64,000 bases of DNA from an uncultured Candidatus Saccharibacteria bacterium (GTDB lineage: Bacteria > Patescibacteriota > Minisyncoccia > Phycocordibacterales > UBA5272), in assembly GCA_964512315.1 (NCBI GenBank), contig CAZEIK010000002.1:45304-109303 (forward strand), written 5' to 3'. Every line of letters starts with the position of its first letter. Position 1 is the first letter of the stretch. The notes beneath the pieces were generated by a model. That model did no database searches. It saw nothing but the letters and a program-made list of their open reading frames with translations, and was not told the origin of the DNA. The translations under genes were made by a program, and so were the position numbers. Positions 55,303 to 64,000 of the stretch are shown one piece after another.

Positions 55303-55958
55303 ATCTGGACGTTTTTGAGCTCTACGCTAGCGTCGTTAAAGGCGACTATTTCCCAAGGGTTTTTGAAGAACTCAAGTGGATGATATTTGACTAACGTTAT
55401 ACCCGCATTATCTACTGGGTTGAACACTGCCAACTTAACATATTGCTCAACAGTTAAGTCTTTGCCGTATATTAATACACACAGCAACATTTTTAGAAAT
55501 ATTCCATGAGTAACACACAATGTGTTGTTTGAGGCATTCTTTTGCAGAAAGTCTTTGGCTTTGAGTGCTCTAGCTTTTAAGTCTTCAAAGTTCTCCTCAT
55601 CTTCATATCTATAGTCTGGCGCGTGGAAGCTTTTGTCCATGGCGTTTATAGCTTCTATTGCTTTGGGGTCATCGTACTTTTTGCCGACAATAGAAGAAGG
55701 GTTATGTCTCTCGGCGAGTAGGGGTGAGTATTCTATAGTTAATCCTAGCTTCTGGTTAATTATGTCGGCCGTTTCTATTGTTCTTTGGAACGGGCTACAG
55801 AATATTTTTTTTATATGGAACTTTTCTAACCTTTCTGCTAACTCTGTAGTTTGTTTCTTGCCAAGATCAGAAAGTCCTCCAGACTCAGCTTGTCTAATTT
55901 TCTCTTTGTTCAATATTGTCTCGCCGTGCCTTACAAAATAAATATTTTTATCAAGCAT
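55299..55958 (-). CDS. histidine phosphatase family protein (phosphoglycerate-mutase-like)
   Basis: IYFVRHGET catalytic RHG motif and a later C-terminal histidine. Confidence 0.8.
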   Translation of the reverse strand: MLDKNIYFVRHGETILNKEKIRQAESGGLSDLGKKQTTELAERLEKFHIKKIFCSPFQRTIETADIINQKLGLTIEYSPLLAERHNPSSIVGKKYDDPKAIEAINAMDKSFHAPDYRYEDEENFEDLKARALKAKDFLQKNASNNTLCVTHGIFLKMLLCVLIYGKDLTVEQYVKLAVFNPVDNAGITLVKYHPLEFFKNPWEIVAFNDASVELKNVQI

Positions 55959-56145
55959 TTTATATCTTTACATAGACATTCTTGCCGTGTATATAAAGTA
56001 GGAAAATCACAATCACAAGTAGCAGCATGCCAGCTATAATTAGCAGATTTTTCCAAGAGAGGTCGAATTGATTCATACAGTCAGTATATATTTTTTATGT
56101 GTATTACTTTCTGTTTTTTCCACATATTTATCGTATACTTTTTAT

Positions 56146-56970
56146 ATGGATTTCAAAAAGTATCGCTTGGCTACTTCTCTAGTATTACTTATGTCTTCAT
56201 TCGTTTTTGCTCAAGACGTAACATCTAGCCCAAGGATTCACATGAATATAATAGACAAGATGTCGCTTTCTGTTTATTGTGGACTATCTTATGTTTTTGA
56301 TAACTCTAACCGCTCTAAATGTTATGCGTCCAATCTTCCCGTTGCTATGCCAGCAGTAAGAGCTAATCAGAATCGCGACATGAATGTTCCGACAGGATTT
56401 ATTCCTTCTCAGCCGGCGGTCGCAATGCAAAGAGACGCATCAACTACAATAATAAATATCGCCTCACCTTCAGCTAGTGTACTTGTTCCAGCTAGTAGCA
56501 CCAATCAGGTGTTAGAAGAGATTAAGAAGAGATTGGATCAAAACTCTGCCGCAATAGAAGGGTTAGACAAGAGAACAACAAGTCTAGAGAATCGTGCCGT
56601 GGGGCAGACTATTGTTAAGTATGTAGCTGGCACTAGGGGTCCAAAGGGTGCAGACGGGGTTACTAGAGTAGTGTATGCGACACCTACACCAGAGGTATTC
56701 AACAGCTTATCGGGGTCTATATTAATAGGAGAGAACAATCAAAGCTTTGCCGACAACAATGTAACTATAGGTAAAGAGTTAGTTAATACTGTAGCGGGTA
56801 GCCTTCAAATAGGACCTAATGATGCCTCTAAGCTTACTATTGTTCCTGGTGCCACTTCTGGCGATATGTCTGTTAACATACAAGGCAGATTTGTTGCTGG
56901 CGCATTTTGTATCGACGACGTCTGTATAGACAAAAATATTTTGAAAAAGGTTGTAGACATGTTTAAATAG
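56146..56970 (+). CDS. secreted hypothetical protein
   Basis: Start is placed at the internal ATG (MDFKKYRLATSLVLLMSSFVFAQD signal peptide) rather than 56068. Confidence 0.4.
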   Translation: MDFKKYRLATSLVLLMSSFVFAQDVTSSPRIHMNIIDKMSLSVYCGLSYVFDNSNRSKCYASNLPVAMPAVRANQNRDMNVPTGFIPSQPAVAMQRDASTTIINIASPSASVLVPASSTNQVLEEIKKRLDQNSAAIEGLDKRTTSLENRAVGQTIVKYVAGTRGPKGADGVTRVVYATPTPEVFNSLSGSILIGENNQSFADNNVTIGKELVNTVAGSLQIGPNDASKLTIVPGATSGDMSVNIQGRFVAGAFCIDDVCIDKNILKKVVDMFK

Positions 56971-56975
56971 CCAAC

Positions 56976-57533
56976 ATGCAAAAGGTTGTATCTTTTCTAT
57001 CCAAAATACTATCGTGTTTATTTTTGCTGTCTACAGTAACAGCCTTTTTTTACCTTAAAACATCCTTTTATATCTTTATTACATTTTTTATAATTTCTTT
57101 ATTTTTATTTTTTAAAAATGGGAACAAGTTTAAATTATTCCTAGCAAATATACTCCTGTTAACCCTTATTCTGTCAGTCTTTTTCTCTAGCATTAGAAGT
57201 GAGGTTAATAATGAGACCCAAAGTTTTAAGCAAGACACTAGCGTTAGCGCTAATAGACTTATGCAAGAAAGGTTGGTGACATTGAGAGAAATGATACGCT
57301 CAGGAGTAGAAGAGGATAGTGTGTTGGTTTATATGTATGACACCATTGAGACAGGAGAGGGATTGCTTGCCACCAGCACACCACTGTCTTATCTTGATCT
57401 TGGTTTTACTTATGAGATAGCCGATTCGCTGGGAATACCTTACGCAAAAGAAAAGGCCATTGAGAACTTTTCTAAATATTGCAACCTGGCCCCAACAGAA
57501 AAGACTTGCCAATCCTTGCGAACTAAAAAATAA
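56976..57533 (+). CDS. hypothetical membrane protein
   Basis: Three N-terminal hydrophobic helices and a soluble C-terminal domain. Confidence 0.35.
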   Translation: MQKVVSFLSKILSCLFLLSTVTAFFYLKTSFYIFITFFIISLFLFFKNGNKFKLFLANILLLTLILSVFFSSIRSEVNNETQSFKQDTSVSANRLMQERLVTLREMIRSGVEEDSVLVYMYDTIETGEGLLATSTPLSYLDLGFTYEIADSLGIPYAKEKAIENFSKYCNLAPTEKTCQSLRTKK

Positions 57534-57551
57534 GTAATATACTGACTTTAT

Positions 57552-58310
57552 ATGTCAAAAGAATTATCAAATTTATACAAAATGGGTGGTTTGTTCTTAT
57601 TGGTGGCTACTATATTGTGTGCTGTTTATGCTTATTCAGAATTAAAAACAGTTAAGTATATCGGTCTTGCTCCGCAGAATACAATAGTTGTAAGTGGTGA
57701 GGGTAAGGTTACTGCTGTACCAGATATATCTCGTGTTACTTCTACAATACGTGAATCAGCAAAAACAACAAAAGAAGCAACCGAAAAAGCTTCACAAAAG
57801 TCAGCCGCACTTAAGAAGGCTTTGCTTGCTTTAAAGATAGACGAGAAAGATATTAAGACTGTTAACTACTACACTTCTCCAAAATATACATACACAAATA
57901 CAGGTAAGGCTATTTTAGATGGATATGAGACTGTTCAAACAGATGAGATTAAGGTTCGTGATACAGACCTGGTTGCAAAAGTTCTAACTGAGATAACTGG
58001 CGCTGGTATTAATGAAGTGTCTGGCCCTGAGTTTACAATTGACGACACTAACAAGTTAAAAGAAGAGGCTCGCGGTAAAGCTATCGCCGAAGCTAAACAA
58101 AAAGCCGAGAAGCTGGCTGATCAGCTTGGTGTTGATCTGGTTAGAATTGTATCTTTCTCTGAGGAGGGTAATTATGCTTATATGCCTTATGTAAGAGAGG
58201 CTGCCATGACTATGTCTCGCGATATGACCAAGGATGCTGTTGCTCCTAGCGTTAATGCCGGTGAGCAAGAAGTGAAGAGTAACGTCTCTATAACTTACGA
58301 AATCAAGTAA
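57552..58310 (+). CDS. SIMPL/DUF541-domain protein
   Basis: Signal anchor, then VSGEGKVTAVPD...GYETVQTDEIKVRD...VSGPEFTIDD two-lobed SIMPL pattern. Confidence 0.75.
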   Translation: MSKELSNLYKMGGLFLLVATILCAVYAYSELKTVKYIGLAPQNTIVVSGEGKVTAVPDISRVTSTIRESAKTTKEATEKASQKSAALKKALLALKIDEKDIKTVNYYTSPKYTYTNTGKAILDGYETVQTDEIKVRDTDLVAKVLTEITGAGINEVSGPEFTIDDTNKLKEEARGKAIAEAKQKAEKLADQLGVDLVRIVSFSEEGNYAYMPYVREAAMTMSRDMTKDAVAPSVNAGEQEVKSNVSITYEIK

Positions 58311-58375
58311 TTGACTTTTCGCAAGAAGAGTAATATTATTGTAATTAAGACGCCCGAAAGGGTGTTTTAATTTGA

Positions 58376-58465
58376 AAAATTATTAAAAACAAAAACAACT
58401 TTTATTTTCAAAATTTCTTTACCCTTCCTTTCAGGTGGGTCCTACGAAATTTCTCAAATTAAAAG
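58376..58465. promoter_or_regulatory. long imperfect inverted repeat upstream of secE-nusG
   Basis: Arm AAAACAACTTTTATTTTCAAAATTTC (58384-58409) against GAAATTTCTCAAATTAAAAGTTGTTTT (58447-58473) gives an interrupted stem of about 23 bp (bulges on both arms) and a 37-nt loop. The right arm ends 7 nt into secE, so the ATG lies inside the stem. Confidence 0.45.
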
Positions 58466-58663
58466 TTGTTTTCAAACAAAATTCATATGATGAAATTTAT
58501 AAATGAAGTTCGTGCTGAGATGGCTTTTGTAAAATGGCCAACAAGGAGAATGGTTATAGTTAGTGCGGTAGCAGTTGTTATAATTTCTGCTTTTCTTGCA
58601 GCTTTCTTAGGTGGTGTAGATTTTGGTTTACACAAGTTATTAGCTAAATTCTTTACAAAATAA
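58466..58663 (+). CDS. secE: preprotein translocase subunit SecE
   Basis: 65 aa. KWPTRR then a single TM helix. Confidence 0.8.
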   Translation: MFSNKIHMMKFINEVRAEMAFVKWPTRRMVIVSAVAVVIISAFLAAFLGGVDFGLHKLLAKFFTK

Positions 58664-58664
58664 T

Positions 58665-59210
58665 ATGGCTAAGCAAGAATTAGGAGGAGAGAGACATTGG
58701 TATGCAGTGCACACATACAGCGGTTACGAGAACGCCGTTGAGCGTAACTTGCGTCAACGTATTGATTCGTTAGATCTTAACGAGCGTATATTTAACGTCG
58801 TTGTCCCAACAGAAAAGAAAATAAAAGTAAAAGCTGGCAAGCGTGTTGAAGTGGAGGAGAAGGTGTACCCTGGATATGTACTAGTGGACATGATAGTGGA
58901 TGATGAGACATGGTATGCGATACGTAACACACCACGCGTAACTGGATTCGTAGGAGCTGGTAATACGCCAGTACCACTTACCCCTAAGGAGGTCGATTAC
59001 TTGTTAGGTAAGATGCAGAATGCAACACCAGTTCACGATGTTGAAATTGTAACTGGAGAGATGGTACATATTAGTGATGGTCCGTTTAAGGACTTTGAGG
59101 GTAAAGTAGACGAAGTAGACAGGGTTCGTGGCAAGTTGCGCGTACTTGTTAACATGTTCGGACGTGAGACCCCGGTGGAGCTAGACTTCTTGCAAGTTAG
59201 AAAAATCTAA
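58665..59210 (+). CDS. nusG: transcription termination/antitermination factor NusG
   Basis: HWYAVHTYSGYENAV NGN domain and C-terminal KOW (GEMVHISDGPFKDFEGKV). Confidence 0.9.
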   Translation: MAKQELGGERHWYAVHTYSGYENAVERNLRQRIDSLDLNERIFNVVVPTEKKIKVKAGKRVEVEEKVYPGYVLVDMIVDDETWYAIRNTPRVTGFVGAGNTPVPLTPKEVDYLLGKMQNATPVHDVEIVTGEMVHISDGPFKDFEGKVDEVDRVRGKLRVLVNMFGRETPVELDFLQVRKI

Positions 59211-59317
59211 TGTATTATATAGGGGCTTCTAGAGTTTGCTGCTCTTAAAAATTTCGCAAAAAGCAATATTACGTATATTTCTTATACACGAAAATTATTT
59301 CAAATTAAAACAAAAAC

Positions 59318-59743
59318 ATGGCAGATAAAAAAGTAACAAAGTACGTAAAAGTACAAATCATGGCTGGTAAGGCAATGCCTGCGCCACCACTTGGGCCCGC
59401 CCTAGGTCAAGCTGGGGTTAACATCGCAGACTTTACAAAGAAGTTCAACGATGCGACTAAGGAAATGTCAGGACTACTATCTTGTAAGATTTATGCTTAC
59501 GAGGACAGAACTTATGACTTCGTAGTTAAGAGTCCTACAGCAACAAGTTTGATCAAGGAGGCTGCTGGTATCAAATCAGGAAGCCAAAAACCAGGATCAT
59601 CTAAAGCTGGCAAGATATCGCGCGCTCAACTTGAGAAGATTGCCGAGATCAAGCTTAAAGACTTAACAGCTAACACTATTGACCAAGCTGTTAAAATCTT
59701 AGAAGGTTCAGCTCGCTCAATGGGTCTAGAGGTTACAAAGTAA
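59318..59743 (+). CDS. rplK: 50S ribosomal protein L11
   Basis: VQIMAGKAMPAPPLGPALGQAGVNIADFTKKFN. Confidence 0.9.
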   Translation: MADKKVTKYVKVQIMAGKAMPAPPLGPALGQAGVNIADFTKKFNDATKEMSGLLSCKIYAYEDRTYDFVVKSPTATSLIKEAAGIKSGSQKPGSSKAGKISRAQLEKIAEIKLKDLTANTIDQAVKILEGSARSMGLEVTK

Positions 59744-59771
59744 CACAAAATCAAAACAAAAAACTTCGCAT

Positions 59772-59800
59772 TCGCGAAGTTTTTTGTTTTGTGGTAGATT
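59772..59800 (+). terminator. rho-independent terminator after rplK
   Basis: AACTTCGC-ATTC-GCGAAGTT followed by TTTTTGTTTT. Confidence 0.55.
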
Positions 59801-59831
59801 TTTATTGGACTAACAACATGAGGGCAACCCC

Positions 59832-60410
59832 GTGATACTCAGCGCAAAAACTATAAAGTCTCTTTGTATAAGGCCAGCCGATGCTGGCAATAACTGGAAG
59901 CCGATGATCACCAATTTCGTGGATCGAGAGGTTCGAGAAGGTGGACTTCCTTCGTACGGACTAACTTCGGAAGGTTACGATGTTCGTGCCAGAAGAGAGG
60001 GCTGGATGATGTGCGACAAAAATCGTACAGCACCGCTTGACACCTGGAAGCCTGACGCATCAGCGTTTATCGAGTTCGACGTCAAGGGAGACATTGTCGA
60101 AATACCACCCCATAGCATGGTTATGGGCCGTACAGAAAACGGCTTTCATTTACCTTCGAATGTTTTGATGGGCGTTTACACGAAGTCCAGTTTCGCTCGT
60201 TGTGCCGTGTCGTTAAACACCACAAAAGCGGTTCCGACTTGGTCTGGAGAGTGGTTGGTGGTAGAAATCACAAACAATGCGCCGTTCCCGGTCCGTTTCA
60301 ACATTAGGGGCGGCATTGCCTCACTTGTCTTTTTTGGCCTTGATGGAGAAGGTCAGGAATATCGAGGTCTTTTTAGCGGCGGACAGGACTTTCTAAAGTC
60401 CGCCACATAA
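59832..60410 (+). CDS. dcd: dCTP deaminase-like protein (dUTPase superfamily)
   Basis: ILSAKTIKSL N-terminus, SYGLTSEGYDVRA (compare Dcd SYDLRLG), GRTENGFHLPSNV...EWLVVEITNNAPFPVRF...ASLVFFGL (compare GRSSLARLG...TLELSN...PV.L...I.QLVF). About 50% GC. Confidence 0.6.
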   Translation: MILSAKTIKSLCIRPADAGNNWKPMITNFVDREVREGGLPSYGLTSEGYDVRARREGWMMCDKNRTAPLDTWKPDASAFIEFDVKGDIVEIPPHSMVMGRTENGFHLPSNVLMGVYTKSSFARCAVSLNTTKAVPTWSGEWLVVEITNNAPFPVRFNIRGGIASLVFFGLDGEGQEYRGLFSGGQDFLKSAT

Positions 60411-60431
60411 GATTAAGATCGTTGTTCTTTT

Positions 60432-60465
60432 ACGGCACCTTGGTGCCGTTTTCTTTTTTGTAAAA
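60432..60465 (+). terminator. rho-independent terminator
   Basis: ACGGCA-CCTTGG-TGCCGT followed by TTTCTTTTTTG. Confidence 0.5.
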
Positions 60466-60492
60466 TCTATTGAAATAAAATATAATTTAAAT

Positions 60493-60912
60493 ATGAAAGT
60501 CCTAATAAAAAAATTGCGTGACGATGCTCGCATTCCAACTCGTGCCCATAATGATGATGCTGGTATAGACCTATACGCTTGTGGCCAGCATGTTATTGCT
60601 CCGGGGGAGACAGTGATGATACCGTTAGGCGTTGCGTTCGAGATACCACTCGGTTATGTCGGTTTAATTTGGGACAAGTCTAGCATAGGGTCAAAATCAG
60701 TTAAGAGTCTGTGTGGGGTTATAGATGCTGGCTATCGTGGTGAAGTAAAAGTGATGATGAATAATCTTGGCAAAGAGACTTACACATTTGAACACGGCCA
60801 CAAAGTCGCACAGATGTTGATCCAAACTGTTGAGTTGTGTGAAGTAGAAGAGGTGTCCGAGTTGTCGGATTCTGCCAGAGGACAAGGCGGCTTCGGCAGT
60901 ACAGGGAAGTAG
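60493..60912 (+). CDS. dut: dUTP diphosphatase
   Basis: dUTPase motifs AGIDLYA, GLIWDKSSIG, GVIDAGYRGEV and C-terminal RGQGGFGSTG. Confidence 0.85.
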   Translation: MKVLIKKLRDDARIPTRAHNDDAGIDLYACGQHVIAPGETVMIPLGVAFEIPLGYVGLIWDKSSIGSKSVKSLCGVIDAGYRGEVKVMMNNLGKETYTFEHGHKVAQMLIQTVELCEVEEVSELSDSARGQGGFGSTGK

Positions 60913-60982
60913 ATTTTAATATTTGCGAACATCTGCAGAAAAGAGTAGGATAAAATAAATTGTAGTTCTTTCGGAGGTTTTT

Positions 60983-61192
60983 ATGGAGGTGGATGCTAGT
61001 GCGCTCACATTTTTCAATCCTGGTGTTGCTGTTGATCGGTTTGTGGTTGTATACCAAGATCCGACGACGAAAGTAGACAGAGGTGAAGGAGAGTTCGCCA
61101 AAAGGGTTACTGACTTTCGGTTAACAATTGAGGTGGAGGGTAACGACCCTTGGCTTCGCCAAACCTGGGACAGGAAAGGAGGTTTGAAATGA
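60983..61192 (+). CDS. small hypothetical protein
   Basis: 69-aa ORF inside the nucleotide-metabolism island. Confidence 0.3.
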   Translation: MEVDASALTFFNPGVAVDRFVVVYQDPTTKVDRGEGEFAKRVTDFRLTIEVEGNDPWLRQTWDRKGGLK

Positions 61193-61512
61193 AAGTTTCT
61201 TATCTGTCGGTGCTTATCAGGGCACTTGAAATGCAGACAAGATTTGCAGACCCAGAAGTCGGGTTACATGTTTTCGCTAACAGCGCCTGGTCCGTGGTTT
61301 ATGGTTGTGGTGTTTCTCCTGTATACCACAAACCAGAAACAGAAAAAGAGGCTTGGTGTTACGACCTGCTTGGATTTGGTTCCGTTTTCTTGTTTGAGAG
61401 CAATCCAAATCAGCTAATGCTTCGTTTCGAATGCCCAAGTATTGACTCATGCACGCGCGGTTTAGGGCTTGATGCCGCCCAAAAATTGCTTGAGATCTTG
61501 AGCAAAGAATAA
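61189..61512 (+). CDS. hypothetical protein
   Basis: Start is placed at ATG 61189 after GGAGG. 107 aa. Followed by a GC-rich terminator at about 61515-61550. Confidence 0.35.
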   Translation: MKVSYLSVLIRALEMQTRFADPEVGLHVFANSAWSVVYGCGVSPVYHKPETEKEAWCYDLLGFGSVFLFESNPNQLMLRFECPSIDSCTRGLGLDAAQKLLEILSKE

Positions 61513-61605
61513 CCCCGCTCGCTTTACGGCTCGCGGGGTTTCGTTTTGCTTTTTGCTCGCAACTGATGTATTGTTTAAAAGGTTTTATTCTAGGAGAAAG
61601 ATCTG

Positions 61606-62210
61606 TGAGTAATGTAAAGCTCATTGTTGTAGACGGTATGGACGGAACTGGTAAGGGTACTGTCATTGAGGCTGTGCGGCAAAGATTCCCAGGGTTTGCT
61701 TTTGTGCGCGAACCAGGAGGAACCGAACTCGGAGAAAAGATAAGAGGCCTATTTCTGGGCCAGACAATGCAGCCGGCGACAGAAGTTTTTCTGCTTTTGG
61801 CGCAAAGGTCCGAGCTTAGGAGCGTTATCTCGGCGCTTTTAGGTCAGGGCAAGACCGTACTTTCTGATCGGTCTGACTCATCAACATTCGCTTATCAGGT
61901 GGTCGCTAGGGAGCAGCCGTTTCTTGAGGGTCTTTTCTGGGAAACAAGGAAGTACCTGGTACCAATCCCGGATGCTTACGTTTTTCTTGATACTGATCCA
62001 GTTATTGCAATTGAGCGTACTGGTCGCCGATCAAGTGACGACCGATTCGACTCCGCTGGGCTTGAGTTTTTCTCAAGGGTTCGAGATGGATTCCGAGTTT
62101 TTGCCAGCAAAGTAGATACTCCGTGCCATTTTGTGGACGCAACACCTAATGATCCGACTGTCGTCTCAAATTCTGTGATCGCCGTCATCGAGCAGTATCT
62201 TTCGACTTAA
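61606..62210 (+). CDS. tmk: thymidylate kinase
   Basis: P-loop VVDGMDGTGKGT and a Tmk-like DRSDSS/LID region. GTG start after AGGAGA is proposed; the ORF-track ATG is at 61566. Confidence 0.75.
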
Positions 62211-62233
62211 ATGCTGTTCGGTGGTCAAGTAAA

Positions 62234-62265
62234 ACAGTGCGCTTGCGCACTGTTTTTGTTATTTG
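62234..62265 (+). terminator. rho-independent terminator
   Basis: ACAGTGCGC-TTG-CGCACTGT followed by TTTTTGTTATTTG. Confidence 0.55.
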
Positions 62266-62289
62266 TTTTTATTTTGTTAGAATGGTCAC

Positions 62290-63963
62290 ATGTTAAAGCA
62301 AATCAGAAAAATTGTACAAGAGACTAGCGGAGCTGAGAATTTTTCTGTTGCATTTACTGAGCATGACGGGTTCGGGCATGTTACTACCAATGTTGCAATG
62401 GCAACAGCTAAGGATTTAAAAAGAAATCCAAAAGAGTTGGCAGATGAGATATGTAACAAGTTGGCAAGCTTCGACATATTCAAAAAAGTTGAAGTGGCAG
62501 GACCAGGGTTCATTAACTTTACATTAACAGATGAGTTTATCTTATCTAACGTAAAAGATGTTAAAAATGTAAAGTCAGAGTATGAGGGTAAGAAAGTGTT
62601 AGTCGAATACACAGACCCGAATCCATTTAAAGTTTTCCATATTGGCCACTTGATGACTAATATTATCGGTGAAGCCATAGCTAGATTGTACGAGGCGGGT
62701 GGTGCAGATGTAAAGCGTGTTAATTATCAAGGTGATGTTGGTAGGCATATTGCGATCAATATATGGGCGATACTTAATTCACTCGAGGAGTTCAAGGATT
62801 TGGGTGCGAGTGGCAAAACAATAAGAGAAAAAGTTGAGTGGCTGGGTCAGAAGTATGCAGAAGGGTATAAAGCATTTGAGGGGGATATTGATGGCGGAGA
62901 GGTAAAGCTTGCTGTTGCGGATATAAATAAAAAGATTTACGAGAAGTCTGACACTAGAATAAACGAAATATACGAAGCCGGTCGCAAATGGAGTCTGGAT
63001 TATTTTGAAGAGTTATATAAAATGCTTGGCACAAAATTCGATACATATATATTCGAAAGTGAAGTGGCGAGTAGGGGTACTGAGCTGGTAAAAGATAACA
63101 CGACTCCACAAGGTAAATGTGTATTTGAAGTTGGTGATGGTGGTGCTGTTATATATGACGGAGAGAATAAGGGGTTACACAAGAGAGTGTTTTTGAATCA
63201 AAATGGATTACCTACTTATGAGGCCAAAGACCTCGGTAACGTTGAGATGAAGATAGAGAGATTGGGCGAGTTTGATAAAAGTATAGTCATAACCGGTAAT
63301 GAGCAGTCTGACTATTTTAAAGTTTTATATTCGGCTATTAATGACCTCGGTCTAGCCGACCTAAATAAGATGGAGCATAAAGGTCACGGCATGATGAGAT
63401 TCGCTAACGGCAAGATGTCTAGTCGTAGTGGTAATGTGATTGCTGGTGAAGACCTTATTAATGATGTAAAAGATGTGCTTAAGGATAAATTCCTCTCGAG
63501 TCGCATAGACAATGAGTTAGAAAAAGAAAACGTGTTAACCTCCACTGCCATTGCTTCTATTAAGTATTCTATTTTAAAACAAGAGACAGGGCGTGACGTT
63601 GTCTTTGACTTTGATAAGGCTATTAGCGTAGAGGGGGACAGTGGTCCATATTTACAATATTCATATGCGAGACTATTTTCTGTCGGTCAAAATACTGGAG
63701 AGAATGTTACAGCCAATGAAGACAACAGGTCGCTACTGTTCACACTTTCCAAATTCGAAAGTGTATTGGAGGAGGCGGTGAGTCAGACAGCACCACAGAA
63801 GTTGTGTTCATACTTGATAGAGCTCGCTCGTGCAGCTAATAGTTGGTATGCCACAGAGAAAATATCTGGCAGTAAGAGCAATGAGCAGCTTGCCTATAAT
63901 GTTTGTTCTAATTTGGGACAAGGCTTAAAGATATTAGGTATTGTTGTGCCAGATAGAATGTAG
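62290..63963 (+). CDS. argS: arginyl-tRNA synthetase
   Basis: Class I HIGH (FHIGHLMTNIIGEAIARL), KMSSRSG (KMSKS-like) and a C-terminal DALR-type anticodon-binding region. 557 aa. Confidence 0.85.
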   Translation: MLKQIRKIVQETSGAENFSVAFTEHDGFGHVTTNVAMATAKDLKRNPKELADEICNKLASFDIFKKVEVAGPGFINFTLTDEFILSNVKDVKNVKSEYEGKKVLVEYTDPNPFKVFHIGHLMTNIIGEAIARLYEAGGADVKRVNYQGDVGRHIAINIWAILNSLEEFKDLGASGKTIREKVEWLGQKYAEGYKAFEGDIDGGEVKLAVADINKKIYEKSDTRINEIYEAGRKWSLDYFEELYKMLGTKFDTYIFESEVASRGTELVKDNTTPQGKCVFEVGDGGAVIYDGENKGLHKRVFLNQNGLPTYEAKDLGNVEMKIERLGEFDKSIVITGNEQSDYFKVLYSAINDLGLADLNKMEHKGHGMMRFANGKMSSRSGNVIAGEDLINDVKDVLKDKFLSSRIDNELEKENVLTSTAIASIKYSILKQETGRDVVFDFDKAISVEGDSGPYLQYSYARLFSVGQNTGENVTANEDNRSLLFTLSKFESVLEEAVSQTAPQKLCSYLIELARAANSWYATEKISGSKSNEQLAYNVCSNLGQGLKILGIVVPDRM

Positions 63964-64000
63964 AAGGTTAAGGTTTGATATATTAACCCCTTTGTTGTAT

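Noticed and set aside
1-64000. CRISPR arrays, transposases, insertion sequences and integrases
   Set aside because: No short direct-repeat array was seen by eye. No ORF has DDE-transposase, serine or tyrosine recombinase hallmarks. Both compositional islands lack an obvious mobility gene within the window.

Overview
This is a low-GC bacterial chromosome segment (about 38-40% GC) with tightly packed, often overlapping genes. It looks like a small-genome Patescibacteria/CPR lineage with a Gram-positive-like envelope (for example Saccharibacteria), but that lineage call is inference only. The replication-origin neighbourhood is present: rpmH-rnpA-yidC on the minus strand, then dnaA, an AT-rich dnaA-dnaN spacer, and dnaN. 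Just upstream, between rsmA and yidC, sits an 11-kb chromosomal Gram-positive-type type IV secretion (T4SS) cluster. It encodes a VirB4-like ATPase, a VirB6/TrbL-like polytopic protein, a PrgI/VirB3-like small membrane protein, a membrane-tethered M15 cell-wall peptidase and several secreted or anchored hypotheticals. No relaxase or coupling protein lies inside the window. Recognisable housekeeping genes are pcrA/uvrD, rsmA, a class A PBP, tyrS, ruvC-ruvB (ruvA lies elsewhere), a PilB/GspE secretion ATPase, tsaE, polA, frameshifted mutM, a Mur ligase, rpsT, ruvX, rluA-family, rplS, tig, ppa, nusA, an ABC exporter pair, secE-nusG-rplK and argS. There are seven tRNA genes. Two compositionally foreign islands stand out. 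One is about 2.7 kb at roughly 62% GC. It encodes a lipoprotein, a membrane protein and two tandem paralogous secreted Cys proteins, each unit driven by AT-rich, near-consensus sigma70 promoters. The other is about 2.4 kb at roughly 50% GC and carries a dcd-like/dut/tmk nucleotide module. A conserved 45-75-nt element lies downstream of three different tRNA genes and each copy ends in a copy of the neighbouring tRNA 3' end. Other items are an 853-aa repetitive Cys-rich surface protein, a long hairpin upstream of secE, and one terminator hairpin reused at two loci. No CRISPR array and no classical transposase were seen.
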